A stretch of 60,920 nt of DNA, filler included, from Basidioascus undulatus (lineage: Eukaryota): assembly GCA_000826855.1 (NCBI GenBank). It is 7 parts of 7 records of this genome, joined end to end, with 100 filler letters (N's around TTAATTAATTAA, not from the genome) between each part and the next. Parts side by side here need not be neighbours in the genome. Positions count along the whole stretch, not along the records: positions 43,618 to 52,224 come from JTLS01001366.1; positions 52,325 to 60,920 come from JTLS01001367.1; 5 more parts are not named here. The stretch is one strand, 5' to 3'. A model generated the notes under the pieces. It searched no databases. It was not told the DNA's origin and saw only the letters and a list, made by a program, of their open reading frames with translations. Every line of letters starts with the position of its first letter. Positions within the stretch are counted from its first letter, which is position 1. This document shows, piece after piece, positions 50,308 through 60,920 of the stretch. The position numbers and the translations under genes were made by a program.

Positions 50308-50974
50308 ATGCGCTTCACCCTCGCTTCAGCGCCGCCGTCCTCGCGCTCGTCGCCGCCCCTGCCGTGGCGGACACCTGCACGCTCGAGGTCAAGTCGTCGT
50401 TCTCGACCATCCTGAACTTGGACGGCGCGACCTCTCGCGCGTCCTGCCCCGCAACTTCTCCAACAAGAGCCACATCGGGGTGTCGGCCAAGATGATGGAC
50501 CCTGCTGGGGCCGTGGTGGGTGAGGACGGTCTGGACGACAACGCCTGGAAGACGATCCAGTGCTCGAGGTGCGTGGCTGCAAACAGCAACTCAGAACCGA
50601 GCGCAGGTGATGCTGACAAAGGTCCGGGTTCTTGTGGTTAGGTCCTTTGATGGCTGGAACGAGTACAGTGTCCGTCCCGATCGCTGCGGACCCCACTGGA
50701 GTAAGTCATGCCCCACATTCATGCTTCGATCTCGAATCGGAGAACCTGGCGCTTCTTCCGGCTACATAGAAAGGCTTACCCCCCATCTCTCGGGTCCATC
50801 CCCAGTGGAGGGAAACAAGTCGGGCGCTCCATGCAACGCGGTGGAAGTCTCCGTTGGGAACCTCAAGTTCAACGCCGTCGACGACCCGCATTGCACCAAC
50901 AAGAACGAGACGACCCCTGGAGCCCCCTGGGGACCGAGTACACAACGACCTACACTTGCAAGTTTGACTGCTGA
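50308..50974 (+). pseudogene. Small secreted cysteine-rich protein, frameshifted
   Basis: MRFT start joined by a frameshift to signal-like SAAVLALVAAPAVA-DTC. Two intron-like segments, several Cys, ending CKFDC*; at least two frameshifts are needed. Confidence 0.4.
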
Positions 50975-52224
50975 GCCACCTGAGGGAACCAGGTAAGCCT
51001 GGCTTTCCCTGCTTCAGGTGGTTCCGAGACGGTCGCTGACTGTCACCTTGCTGATGCTGACACAGTTGGTGAATGGCGGGTGAACCCGTGTACAACGTAT
51101 ATTTGCTCGAGGGTCATAATTTGGATATTTCATGGCGGTTTATGTGCCGTCCGGCCGTCTGAGGCAATGTTTGGTAGTGAGTTCTCGCGTTCTACGGAAG
51201 CGGACCCCTCTCAAGTGTGTAAATCTTTGGATGAATACCGCATTACTTTTAGAAAAGTTGTGGTGAACGGGGGTTTGGTCAGAAGCGTTTCCTCTGATCG
51301 CTGAAATAAGCGGCCTCAGCGTATGCTGTCCTCGAACGCTGCTGGGCTGTTGCCGATCGAGTGCAAGGGTGTTCCAGGCAGAACCAGACCTAGTAGCTGT
51401 GAAGTCTCCATAAAGCGTTAGGCTTTCACACAAGCTGTCTTGTTCAGGCAACTGCTAGCATGAAGGCAAAACTTGTGCTGCATAGCGGACTGTCGGTACA
51501 TGGTCCCGCTGCTGGTGACCCATTGGTCGCGCCATGCCAGTCAGCCGTAGAGCTGCAAATCCACTCCTGCATTGCAAAAATTTGCATCCGGCGATTCTTC
51601 AGAGAGCAGAACAGTCGGTGCAGCCGTCTTCAGCGGTCAGATTCGATCGCGCTGCAGTCTGGGGCATGTAGTTGCCAAACGCGAGACTTGGCACGGTACT
51701 CTCGCTCTTTCGTCTTGATATTTGCAGGTCTCCATCTGTCTGAACACACACACGCCGCTCATGGCGACCCAATCCAGCTACACATGTGGGCAAGCTTTAC
51801 TAATATATAAGGGCAAGAACAAGCAAGCATACGAGCGTCCGACGTTCCACCGCGAACTACGCGCTACCTAATGTCCATGCAGGCATATCTCGAGAAGAGG
51901 AGAGCAGAAAATCGAAAGTAAAAGCGAAGCAGGCATCAAGCCGCTCCATCACGTCACGAAAGAAAGAAAGAAAGCGTCCCAGTCGCTCGCTGTCGCCTAC
52001 TGTGCGCCCCCAAGCGTGAACCTACCCTTAACGGCCGGCCTCGCCTTCCTCAACATCTGCACCTGCGAAAGTCGCTTCCTCGCGCGCGCCTCCATCTCGG
52101 CCTGCCCTGGCTGCTTGCCGGAGATGCTCCGCCGCGCACTCGCAGCGGCGGCGGCGTGGTTGTTGCGCGCGAGGACGGCATGAGCGTGCAGGCGTCGGAT
52201 CTTCGAGGGAACGTTGCCCTACAG

Positions 52225-52324
52225 NNNNNNNNNNNNNNNNNNNNNNNNNNNNNNNNNNNNNNNNNNNNTTAATTAATTAANNNNNNNNNNNNNNNNNNNN
52301 NNNNNNNNNNNNNNNNNNNNNNNN
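52225..52324. other. Artificial contig linker
   Basis: N44-TTAATTAATTAA-N44. Confidence 0.99.
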
Positions 52325-52388
52325 GATACTCTACCATTGAGCCAGCCGGCCGTGACCGACGCAGGGATCGAACCTGCAACCCCCTGAT
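52325..52388 (-). tRNA. Putative circularly permuted tRNA-Arg(ACG), copy B: 3' half (38-73) at 52388-52353, 1-nt linker at 52352, 5' half (1-28, cut by contig end) at 52351-52325
   Basis: The reverse complement of 52325-52389 is identical to 8735-8799 except the linker base (C vs A). The upstream sequence contains no 5' half. The anticodon is inferred from copy A. Confidence 0.75.
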
Positions 52389-52399
52389 CTCGACTACCA

Positions 52400-52412
52400 C
52401 TAGCTTGCGCCA
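52400..52412 (-). promoter_or_regulatory. A-box-like element (TGGCGCAAGCTAG) in the leader of the permuted tRNA
   Basis: Resembles the Pol III A box (TRGCnnA...G) and starts about 38 nt upstream of the B box GGTTCGATCC (52374-52365), in the normal A-then-B order. Confidence 0.45.
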
Positions 52413-52880
52413 GGTTGTAATCGTTTGTGTTTTATCTTCATCTCGAGAAAGATTTTACCAAAATCATGTCACTGAAGGAAGTCGCAGTGCTGTGTGCTGT
52501 TACCTTTACACAATGCACGGCAACTCACGTTTACGGGTTGGTTGAAAGGTTTGCACCACAGCTAAGATATTCGTACGTTCAAGTTGTTCTTGCAGCGTCG
52601 CAGCTACTTCTTTCGGAGATTTCAACCCACAGCTCCTCCTACCCTGTTGTTTCCCCTCGGTCAACGTCTGTTTTTATCCACCACGGCCCAGGCCTACGTT
52701 TTGGGAACGCAGCAGCCACACCTAGCGCGGCCCATTCCTCGCTCGCTCATCCGGTTCTGCACTCACCTCGCCTCGCCTCGTCTCGCGTCCTTCCCCTTTC
52801 CTTTTTCCCACTAACGTCGTTACTTTCTCCCCTCGCATCTCTCACCACCCGCTTCTCACGTCGACATAGCTACTCCCGGG

Positions 52881-53180
52881 ATGCCTATATGCACTATCGT
52901 TCTGCTTCCTTCCGAGTGCCTCTGTGCACCGTTCCGCCGGGTGCCTCTGCGCACTACGGTTCATTCGTGCCTCTGCGCACGCGTTCCTCTACTTGAAGGG
53001 TGCCTCTGTGCACTCTTATTAGGCTTACATACCATGGTGTGCCTTCGAGCACCATCGTTCGCTCTTTTGTCAGATGTGCAATCGGCACACCACCCTTCAT
53101 CCTTTCTTCTGGTGCCTCTGCGCACAAGCTATCTTTCTTCTTCTTCTTGGTTTCCCCTCTTTTGAAGTGCCTTGTATCAC
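52881..53180. repeat. Interspersed array of a 14-bp motif GTGCCTCTGYGCAC (about 9 copies)
   Basis: Consensus-matching copies at 52916, 52941, 52967, 53000 and 53112; degenerate copies at 52881, 53039, 53076 and 53167. Spacers are unique and 11-41 nt long. Confidence 0.8.
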
Positions 53181-53816
53181 ATCCCTCTTCTCCTTTTCTT
53201 GGATTACTACACCCACAACCGTTCCACCTCTTGCTCTGCCTCCGCGAAAGCTCAGCGAGGGCGGTCTCATGCTGGTGCCACCGTACCCTATCTTGTGTAG
53301 CTCCTTCTGACAGTTTCTCGGGTTTAACTAATTTCCTGTCAAACCTCAAGCCAAAAAGGCCTGTTCACAAACCAGTAAATCTTACATGTTCAGTTCCTCT
53401 CTCGTCGTGTGTATGTTTGCTGACGATGAACCTTATTTTGCGGTTGCGCAAGGCACTCCGGATAGTCTGTAAACCTCAGTCTTCGAGGACGAGTCGGCGG
53501 GATCTCTTCAACATAACGAGAAGCTCAAACATCAATGTACACCAGAATGAAAGCTCCCCCGGGGAGCGGCGTCACTCAGTCCTGCGACGATGACTCGGTC
53601 TCACTTTTGAAGCTGGCGGCCGCTTCCTGTGAGAAGAATAAGTGAGAACTCTCCGTGGTAGCCGATTGTTCCGTTACTGACCTCAAAGGCGCGCCCGTCC
53701 GCCCGCCCTAGACTTGGGCCTGGGGACGACTCGATATCTACATGCGTAGAGAGCTTGATCGCTACCGGATGGTTCGCGTCATAGCGCTTCCTCTGCCCAT
53801 TTCACCGCTGATTAAG

Positions 53817-55520
53817 CTATAGGACATAACCTTGAGTCTGGCTAGGGTAACTCACGTCTCGAAAGACGGAACAGCTTCTGCTCGATGAGCTGCTGTATGT
53901 GCCAGGCTCGCCAAGAAGATGGCGCAGGTCGGACCGGCTGGATGCCGGCGTAAGTCTCAGATGTGGAGAGCAGAAGGAAAGGGGATGAATACCATTGGAG
54001 GTTGTACAGAAGGCAATGCGCATATACGAGAGGCATAGTGATCCAGAAAGCAGCGAAACTGCCAGCTCACAATGTCAATGTGAGCTGTTGAGTTCCTCGT
54101 AGCGTAAACGCTGTGCTCACGAGCTGTTGTGCTCTTTTTCGACCCTACCACGAAAGCCCTACGGGTGAATTCGGTACGCAAAATCACGCGAAATTTGCCG
54201 TACGTAATCAGCACTACAATCACTAGAACCCAGACAGCCATTGCGAACGCGGTCTCCAGCGTCACGCGAAGCAGTTTTTCTGGACAAGGAAGGAATATCA
54301 GCCCGGCCGTACCCAGGCTATGGTGAGTCTGGGATTTACCAATTATGTTGTCCTGAGGGTTTCGAGCAAGGATCAGCATTGGCTTCGTTGCGAGAGTTAG
54401 ACCGATCGAAGCAGCCAGGGAACGGACAGTCTTGGAAAAGCCGGTGCGGCTCTTGACCAAGTGCGTCCCCAAAATGACGAAAATGGCTATGCCAGTCGCT
54501 GTGGCAAGTTCGTACACAATTTCAGTGCTCTTGGGATCCCTGAATGGCTGAACAATTGGGAATATCTCACGCACCCAAGGTCACGCAAAACAGGCCAATC
54601 GTGCCAACACGAAATTCAGCCCGGTCGGTAATCTCTTCCACCGTCTGAAAAATTCAACCCCTCTGTATACTTGTCTAATGTACGAGGCAACGGAAGGACG
54701 CACTTGATTCTTCCAACGCATGCCACTGATACCCACAAAAGCCGAAAGAACGAAGCAAGCTAGAACCGCAAGACCAAGGAAAAGGCCGGCGAATACGTTC
54801 TTCTTGAGGACCTGGATGTAGGTTGATGTGGATCTGTCAACATGAGCTTCGCGAACGGTGTCATGGATGAAGGGCGCACTTTCCAGCAGCGCAAGGCGAA
54901 GACAGACTGCAGACAGCGCGATTGAGCTCTTGATCGGATAGAGAAGTACTTCCCACGAGATACCTGCACAACGAGAACCGGGAAAGAGCTAACGAAGATT
55001 GTGGCTTGACCAATATAGTCCAGTGGCGGTACTGTGTTACGTTCACGTCAGTCGGGGCCTTGGGGATGATACGTTGGCGTATGCATACTTCGCTGGATGA
55101 GCAGCCGCCAGGTGATAGCGAAGACGAAAGACGAATGAATGCTGCTCGGTGGTATTTCAGTCACAAACAAAGTGGGTACGAGACAGGAAAGGAACGCACA
55201 CACAGAATACGAGTAACAGCCATACCACCGCACGGAGAGGCAAGTCGCCAGGAAACTCTTCGCGCCAGGAGGGCCGCCGGTGAGCCTACTCCATTCAATG
55301 AGCTTAGGAGTAGGTGGGCCTGAAAACTCACCCGTAGACAACCGGGCAGTAGAGACGAAAACCCCACCCAGCAGCGCAGCGTTGGCGATGCAGCCCATCA
55401 GCCTGGGTTGAAAACGAAACGAACGTGAGACTGCAACCAAGGCTTTGCGACAGACGATATTGTTACTAACCATGGCGCAACATATGCCTGTTGATAGACT
55501 TGCTCATGAGCGGTAGGCAT
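53817..55520 (-). CDS. Fungal multi-pass membrane protein, DUF6534-like (3' end uncertain)
   Basis: MPTAHEQVYQQAYVAPWL start, GCIANAALLGGVFV, IAIFVILGTHLVKSRTGFSKT, KLLRVTLETAFAMAVWVLV, PLVYAHCLLYNLQ. Many short introns; not all splice junctions were traced. Confidence 0.55.
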
Positions 55521-57166
55521 CGCTGCTGCAGGTGGAATCGCAGGCGACCTCGGACTGAGAGGGAAGAGGTCAAGATTGATCGGCGTCCCGGGGCGCAAGC
55601 GAGGGAATAAAAGGAATCTGCTCAAACTCATCGCGGCTGGCGGAGCTCGTTCGCCGGAAAGCAGCTACCATTCATCTCAGTTGTGGCGTTTTAAGGTTGG
55701 CGGAAGAAGCCCTTCAGAAAGACCACCTACAGAAACACCTGCCATTTGCAGCCTTCAGTATTGCGCGAGAGAAATGGAAGAATTCCGACGACGATCCCGG
55801 CTAGGGCAGTTAGACCGAACGACTGTTGCGCATTCTTAACAGCGGAGGAGCACCCAATTTCCCGGAGAGGGCAATTAGGCCCTGAAAATAACTATGGTAC
55901 ACTGCAGTTCCGCCTGACTGATTATGAAAAGCACGATTATAGTCGAGTCCACGCCTTTTAAGAGTTGCGATCACACTTTTGCAGGCTTTGTTCACAATTC
56001 AGCTGCAGCAGGACAGCCGCTCTGCTCTGGCCAGTCCAACTTACCACTGTGTATTGGCTCTCTCTCCAAAAGTGCTATACTCAGGGGCTAGGCTTGGCTC
56101 AGCCTTCATGTCAGCCAAATTCCACTTGTTAACCGGAACACCCCGGAACGCAGAGTAATAATGACAGCGACGAAGGCGAAAGATGAAAGGACGACCGTGG
56201 TAAGTGAGCCCAATGAACGGCCGGAATTAAGGGAAGAAAGACAGCCGTCTTCCGTGACAAGAGGGCTGGGAGAACCGGCGGGGCGGGGACCGGCGGGTGC
56301 ACTGCAATGCACCGCAGAATCAAGCAGGGAATCACAGGTGACTCGATGTCCATCTTTCAGTTTATTGCTGCAGAAATCATACCGTACTAGAGTGCTATAT
56401 CAAGTGCGCTGTTATCGTTTCTCGGACTGGCACTTGTTACACTAAAGTGAGAGCGGGGAAGAGGGAAAGTCCTGGGTAACGAAAAAGAACAGAAAGGAAG
56501 TTGATTGTCTTGACGATTCCGTTTGTAAAGGACAAAAGCTACCCTCATAGCAGCCTTCATTTAAATGATCATTACATGGAGCATCCTTCACCTTCACCTA
56601 AAGAGACCACCTCTCCAAGCGACGAACCAACTGCACTGCAGATTATCGACGTGCCAGGAGTTGACGGCTTAGAGTAGAACTTCACAACTGCAAAGCGCCC
56701 ACACAGAGATACTTATTCAAGAGAGACATCGGTAAGTCCTCAAAACTGATGCATGTATCCGATCCATATGGGCTAAGAAGGCCAAAAGGTGAAGACAAAG
56801 CGCAGTTGAGAAAACTGCGCCAGCTTGCGGAGTCGGGCCGACCGACTGGTCAGGTAACTACGACGGCTCACTGTTCCCTGAAATAATTATACCAAATGCT
56901 CAATAAACAGAGCATGCTGCGCTACTGCGACACTGAGGTATAAGGTGGAGTAAAAGGCTTGAACACGACCTCGTTCGTGCAGGACCGGCAGGCGCAGGCA
57001 TTGGGGAATAGGGCATCCAGTTTCGACAAAGCTCACCTTGGAATTTGGAACAGGGCTAAACCATCGCAACATCTGGGGTTCTCTTGGCAGCCGATGGATT
57101 CCCTCCTGACTCGATTGTGTCTCAGGCACTTTATTTGTACTGTAGAAATTACAAGTCATAAATGTC

Positions 57167-57248
57167 AGTTGCGTGTTCTAATGGTTATGATTTCTCTTTC
57201 ACAATTTGGAGACAGAGAAGGTTCCCGGTTCGATCCCGGGCGCGACTA
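57167..57248 (+). tRNA. tRNA-Val(CAC) with a 9-nt intron (57204-57212)
   Basis: Acceptor AGTTGCG/CGCGACT+A, D loop AATGGTTA, anticodon stem TCTCT/AGAGA with CAC at 57200-57202, intron ATTTGGAGA at 37/38, T arm CCCGG-TTCGATC-CCGGG, T6 terminator at 57250-57255. Confidence 0.9.
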
Positions 57249-58005
57249 CTTTTTTCCAGAAAACGCATGATCAATGCAGCATTGACATACATAATTCCGT
57301 ACCCTACCCCGTGTTGGGTCCTCAGCCTGTGTTGGCCTGTGGGGTGCTGTTGTCCGTGATTCATTTGCGTCGGTCCCTATGCAGAGGGCAAACAAAAGAG
57401 AGAACGGCACAATGTGTTGCAAGGACAAAAGTTGCTTGAACCGTGAATCGAAAACGGGGCGGGTCGAGATGAAATGGCAACACCCAGGTTACCACTACCC
57501 CACCCAAGCTTGTTGTAGTTCAACCTAAAAATTAATAACTGACGTACTGATGTACACCAATATCCTCGATCCCGCCTTCAGGACGTCTGTGGTCATCGCA
57601 ACGCATGGGCGCCAGAATATTCACCGCACACGGCGATTTATTGTTGGTTTAGAAGTGCCGGATCACCCGCATTGAGTGGGCTTTGTGGTCGGGGCCGCGC
57701 CAGCCTTCTCTGTGGCTTTCAACCACGACGTCTTTTATGTGTACTATGGCTGAAGAATGCGGTTCTTTGGTTCTATTGAAAGATTTTCAAGCGAGGGTTT
57801 GTTTCCAGCAAAGGTTAGCAGCCCGATGTCCAACGAACTAACGCTGCGATGCGTCGCAAGCTCGCGGGTGATTCCATGGACGTTCCGCACACTCAACGCG
57901 TCCAGCTCCTCCTAACTCCTCCAAGCTCCTAGTCCAGCTCCTCGTCTAGGCGCTCTTTTCCAGCTTCCTCCTCTCTCCGCCAGCCTCTCCTCCCTCAGCC
58001 TCAAA

Positions 58006-58852
58006 ATGTCATCCCCTTCCGCCTCGCCATCCTCCCCCGCCGCAGCACCATCCAAAAAGAAGGTGTCGGCGCCGCGCAAGTCGACGTTGGAGCGCGCGCC
58101 CGGCACGTCGCTCCTCCCCGTCGCGCGCGTGCAGCGCATCATCCGCGCCGACAAGGATATGGACAGCTGCGCGAAGGAGTCGGTGTTCTTGGTTTCGGTG
58201 GCGACGGTGCGTACTGATATCGCTGGAGGGAGTGTGGGCTGCGAGGTGGCTGAATGCGCTTGGTTGGGAGAGTAGGAGTTCTTCATTAAGAAGCTGATGG
58301 ATGCGGGCTACGTGGAGGCGAGACTGGATAAGCGGAAGTGGGTGCATCATAAGGACCTCGGTGCGTCTGCTCTTCCCGTATTCAAGCCCGAGCTCTTGCG
58401 TGCTGACCCGGTGAGGTGAATAGCCAACGCCGTCAAGAAGTCCGACGAGTTTCATTTCCTCGAAGGTACCGCTCTCTCCTGTCTCGAGCTTTGGCGTTCG
58501 CTCACAAGTCCTGCACGCCACACCAGAAATCATTCCGCACACCATGCCCCTCTCCACCGCCCTCTCCAAGCGCGCAGCTAAAGCGTCTGGCGCGCCGGAA
58601 GCTGTCGGCGAGGACGAGCCTGCGGGCGGGGGCATCGCGGCGTACATGGAGAGCGGCGCTGCGGCGGGCGGGAAGAAGGGGCGGGCGAGCAAGGGCAAGG
58701 GTCGGGCTAGCAATGGCGGCGGGTCGGCGGCGGTGCGGAAGCGCAGGCCAAGCGCGAAGGCTAAGGAGGCCGCGGGAGATGTTGAGCCGGAGGACGCGAG
58801 CGCTGCAGCAGATGAAGGAGAGGAGGGGGAGGGGGAGGCTATGGATGAGTAG
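58006..58852 (+). CDS. H2A-like histone-fold protein (DNA polymerase epsilon Dpb3/POLE4 / CHRAC-type)
   Basis: Spliced: LLPVARVQRIIRADKDMDSCAKESVFLVSVAT/EFFIKKL...RKWVHHKDL/ANAVKKSDEFHFLE/EIIP, then a low-complexity tail. Confidence 0.8.
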
Positions 58853-59334
58853 CTAGGGACTTATTGAGCGCTAAACGTAGTTCTGTCTGATGTGCGTTTC
58901 TCACATTGGCTCTGGCGTCTCGCAGATGAGCGGTGATTCCCAGGTGGATCTCGCGGCCCGGCGTAACCAACGACGCCTACATCGAACTCGCTTTCGCCTT
59001 CACTGGTGTTGCGATTTCTTTATTCTGAGTCCTCGATCATTTCGTTTCAAGCTGTCGTTTCGATAAGATTTCCAGACCGGCTACGCGCGGCGTTTAAGCG
59101 CTTGGTCGGATGTTCGGCCCGTGACCGATGTTCACCGGGCTTCCCTTCGTCGACCTGCCCTGCACATCGTATGCAGGTTTCTGCATCATGAGTTCACGAG
59201 TTGACAATTCTACCACGTTCGGGCCAAGTTCAGCCCGCTGCTGCCGCGGTTATCAACGGCGGTTGCTGCATGACCTGTGCTTTCCTCGCTCGGCTCGCCC
59301 AACTTGACCCCCATTGCATCTCGTCCACTCATCA

Positions 59335-60920
59335 ATGTCTACTCAAACCTCGAACACCGCCCTCCCAGCCACCTCAGCCCCCCCCCACGCGCCCACGTAC
59401 GAGTGCGGGCTGCTCACGCCTACACCGGACCCGATCAAGTCGATCGAGACTTCCCGCGTCCTCCCGCGCTGGTTGTTCGTCCGGGTCGAGACGGAGTCCG
59501 GCATCGTAGGGTGGGGAGAAGCGACTCTTGAGGGCCACTCAGAGGCGGTCGAAGGCGCTTTCGAGGATTTGCGCGAGCGGTTTGTCGGCGTACGTAGTCC
59601 AGGCTGGCGCTAATTGAGAGATTGGGGAGAGGCTGAGTTCGGAGAGCACTACAGTGGGACTCGGACAACATCGAGGATATCTACCAGTCTGCGTACAGGC
59701 ACCGGTTCTACCGCGGAGGCGAAGTGTTGATGAGCGCCATAAGCGGGCTTGACATCGCACTGTGGTATGTCGGTTCACAGTCTGACCATTCTCTCTAAGC
59801 CAATGCTGACTGCACGCTCGTTCGACACAGGGATATCAAAGGCAAGCGGCTCGGCGTTCCCGTCTGGCAGCTGCTCGGCGGCAAGGTGCGCGATCGAGTG
59901 GCCGTCTACGGCTGGATCGGAGGAGATAAGCCGTCGGATGTATTGGAGGTAAGTCAACGGGAACGGAGAATCCGCAGATCCGCATCCGGCTGGGGCAGAG
60001 CGCTCACGAGCATAGTAGGCTGCGAAGGCCCGCAAGGCGCAGGGGTTTACGGCTGTGAAGATGAACGCCGTGGAATCGGTCAGCGATAATCTTGCCGTCT
60101 ACACTGACTGTAGCTGTGAGGCTGATATCTTTCCGGTTGCGCGCGGTGTTGTTACAGCTCGCTTGGCTCGACTCGCCGCACGCGCTGGACGCCACTGTGA
60201 AGCGCATTGAGGAGGTCAAGTCGGTCGGTCTGGACGTGGGACTGTAGGTGCCATTCTTCTTTTCGAGGGTCCGTACAAGGTCGTTGAAAGTCCTGCCTTC
60301 ACAGTGACTTTCACGGGCGTGTTCACAAGCCGCTTGCAAAGCAGGTCAGTCGGCCTGAGACTGTCGATCTCGCTGCTAGTAGCCACGCTGGTTTAGGTGA
60401 CTGAGGTCTACTGCACCAGCTTGCCCGACTGCTCGAACCCCACCGACCTCTGTTCATTGAAGAGCCGCTCCTGCCCGGGCACGTCGAGGAGCTCAAGAAG
60501 CTCTACCAGCAGACGACGATCCCGATCGCTGTGCGCCTACCAGTCTGACCTATACCTGGCTGTGTACGCTGAAAGGCATGTCTCGGGCATTGTGGCAGCT
60601 TGGCGAACGGTTGTTTAGCCGGCAAGACGTGCGCCCGTACTTTGAGGCGGGGTGCATCGACATCATCCAGTGCGTATCAACCCTGGCAGTGCTTAATCAT
60701 CGCCGGCAGCACTGACAGTCTGGACCCGCTTCATAGACCGGATATCGCTCACGCAGGCGGAATATCGGAGACGCGGCGGATTGCCAACATGGCTGAGTGC
60801 GTGTAGCATCTGTCCTTTTGTGTCATTGCGGGTCGCGCGAGCTGCGTCGCTTCGTTGGTTGACTGTGAGCACTTTCCAGGACATACGACATCGGCGTAGC
60901 CCCGCACTGGTGCGCACGGG
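59335..60920 (+). CDS. D-galactonate dehydratase (DgoD-like, mandelate racemase/enolase superfamily; 3'-truncated)
   Basis: Ten exons splice in frame: [89 protein letters not shown]. Confidence 0.92.

Noticed and set aside
52881..53180. CRISPR-like look of the GTGCCTCTGYGCAC repeat-spacer array
   Set aside because: Repeat is only 14 bp, spacers are irregular (11-41 nt), no cas genes are present and the context is eukaryotic.
57195..57205. TCA triplet suggesting a Sec/opal-suppressor tRNA
   Set aside because: The stem register TCTCT/AGAGA places CAC at 34-36. The short variable loop and A73 fit Val.
59335..60920. Bacterial-like DgoD as a recent horizontal transfer
   Set aside because: The gene has about ten spliceosomal introns and host-like codon usage, and such dehydratases are widespread in fungi.

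Overview
This window is not one locus. It is seven unlinked contigs of about 8.6 kb, sorted by decreasing length, from a fungal draft assembly. The organism is most likely a basidiomycete, judged from high GC3, many short GT-AG introns and basidiomycete-type gene families. The contigs are joined by artificial 100-bp N44-TTAATTAATTAA-N44 linkers. Recognisable intron-containing genes are LAT1 (PDH E2), VMA13, mitochondrial IleRS, a DUF4203 membrane protein, CYS3, MDM35, SIN1/AVO1, an ABCG half-transporter, an ankyrin-like protein, VPS11, a DUF6534-like membrane protein, a DPB3/POLE4-like histone-fold protein and a DgoD-type galactonate dehydratase. There is also a normal intron-containing tRNA-Val(CAC). 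Intergenic DNA holds many decayed genes and transposon relics (MBOAT, GNAT, FAX/metaxin-like GST, MYND, LaeA-like methyltransferase, F-box, a Crypton-like tyrosine recombinase, a possible Asp racemase). The most striking signal is an apparently circularly permuted tRNA-Arg(ACG), seen twice at contig ends (8736-8808 +, 52325-52388 -). Its 3' half (positions 38-73) comes first, then a single linker base, then the 5' half (1-37) and a T6 terminator. The two copies differ only at the linker base. The leader of the second copy mimics a tRNA-intron 3' splice site and carries an A-box-like motif ahead of the B box. To my knowledge permuted tRNA genes are described from red and green algae, a nucleomorph and an archaeon, not from fungi. 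All family assignments come from motif recognition by eye, not from database searches.
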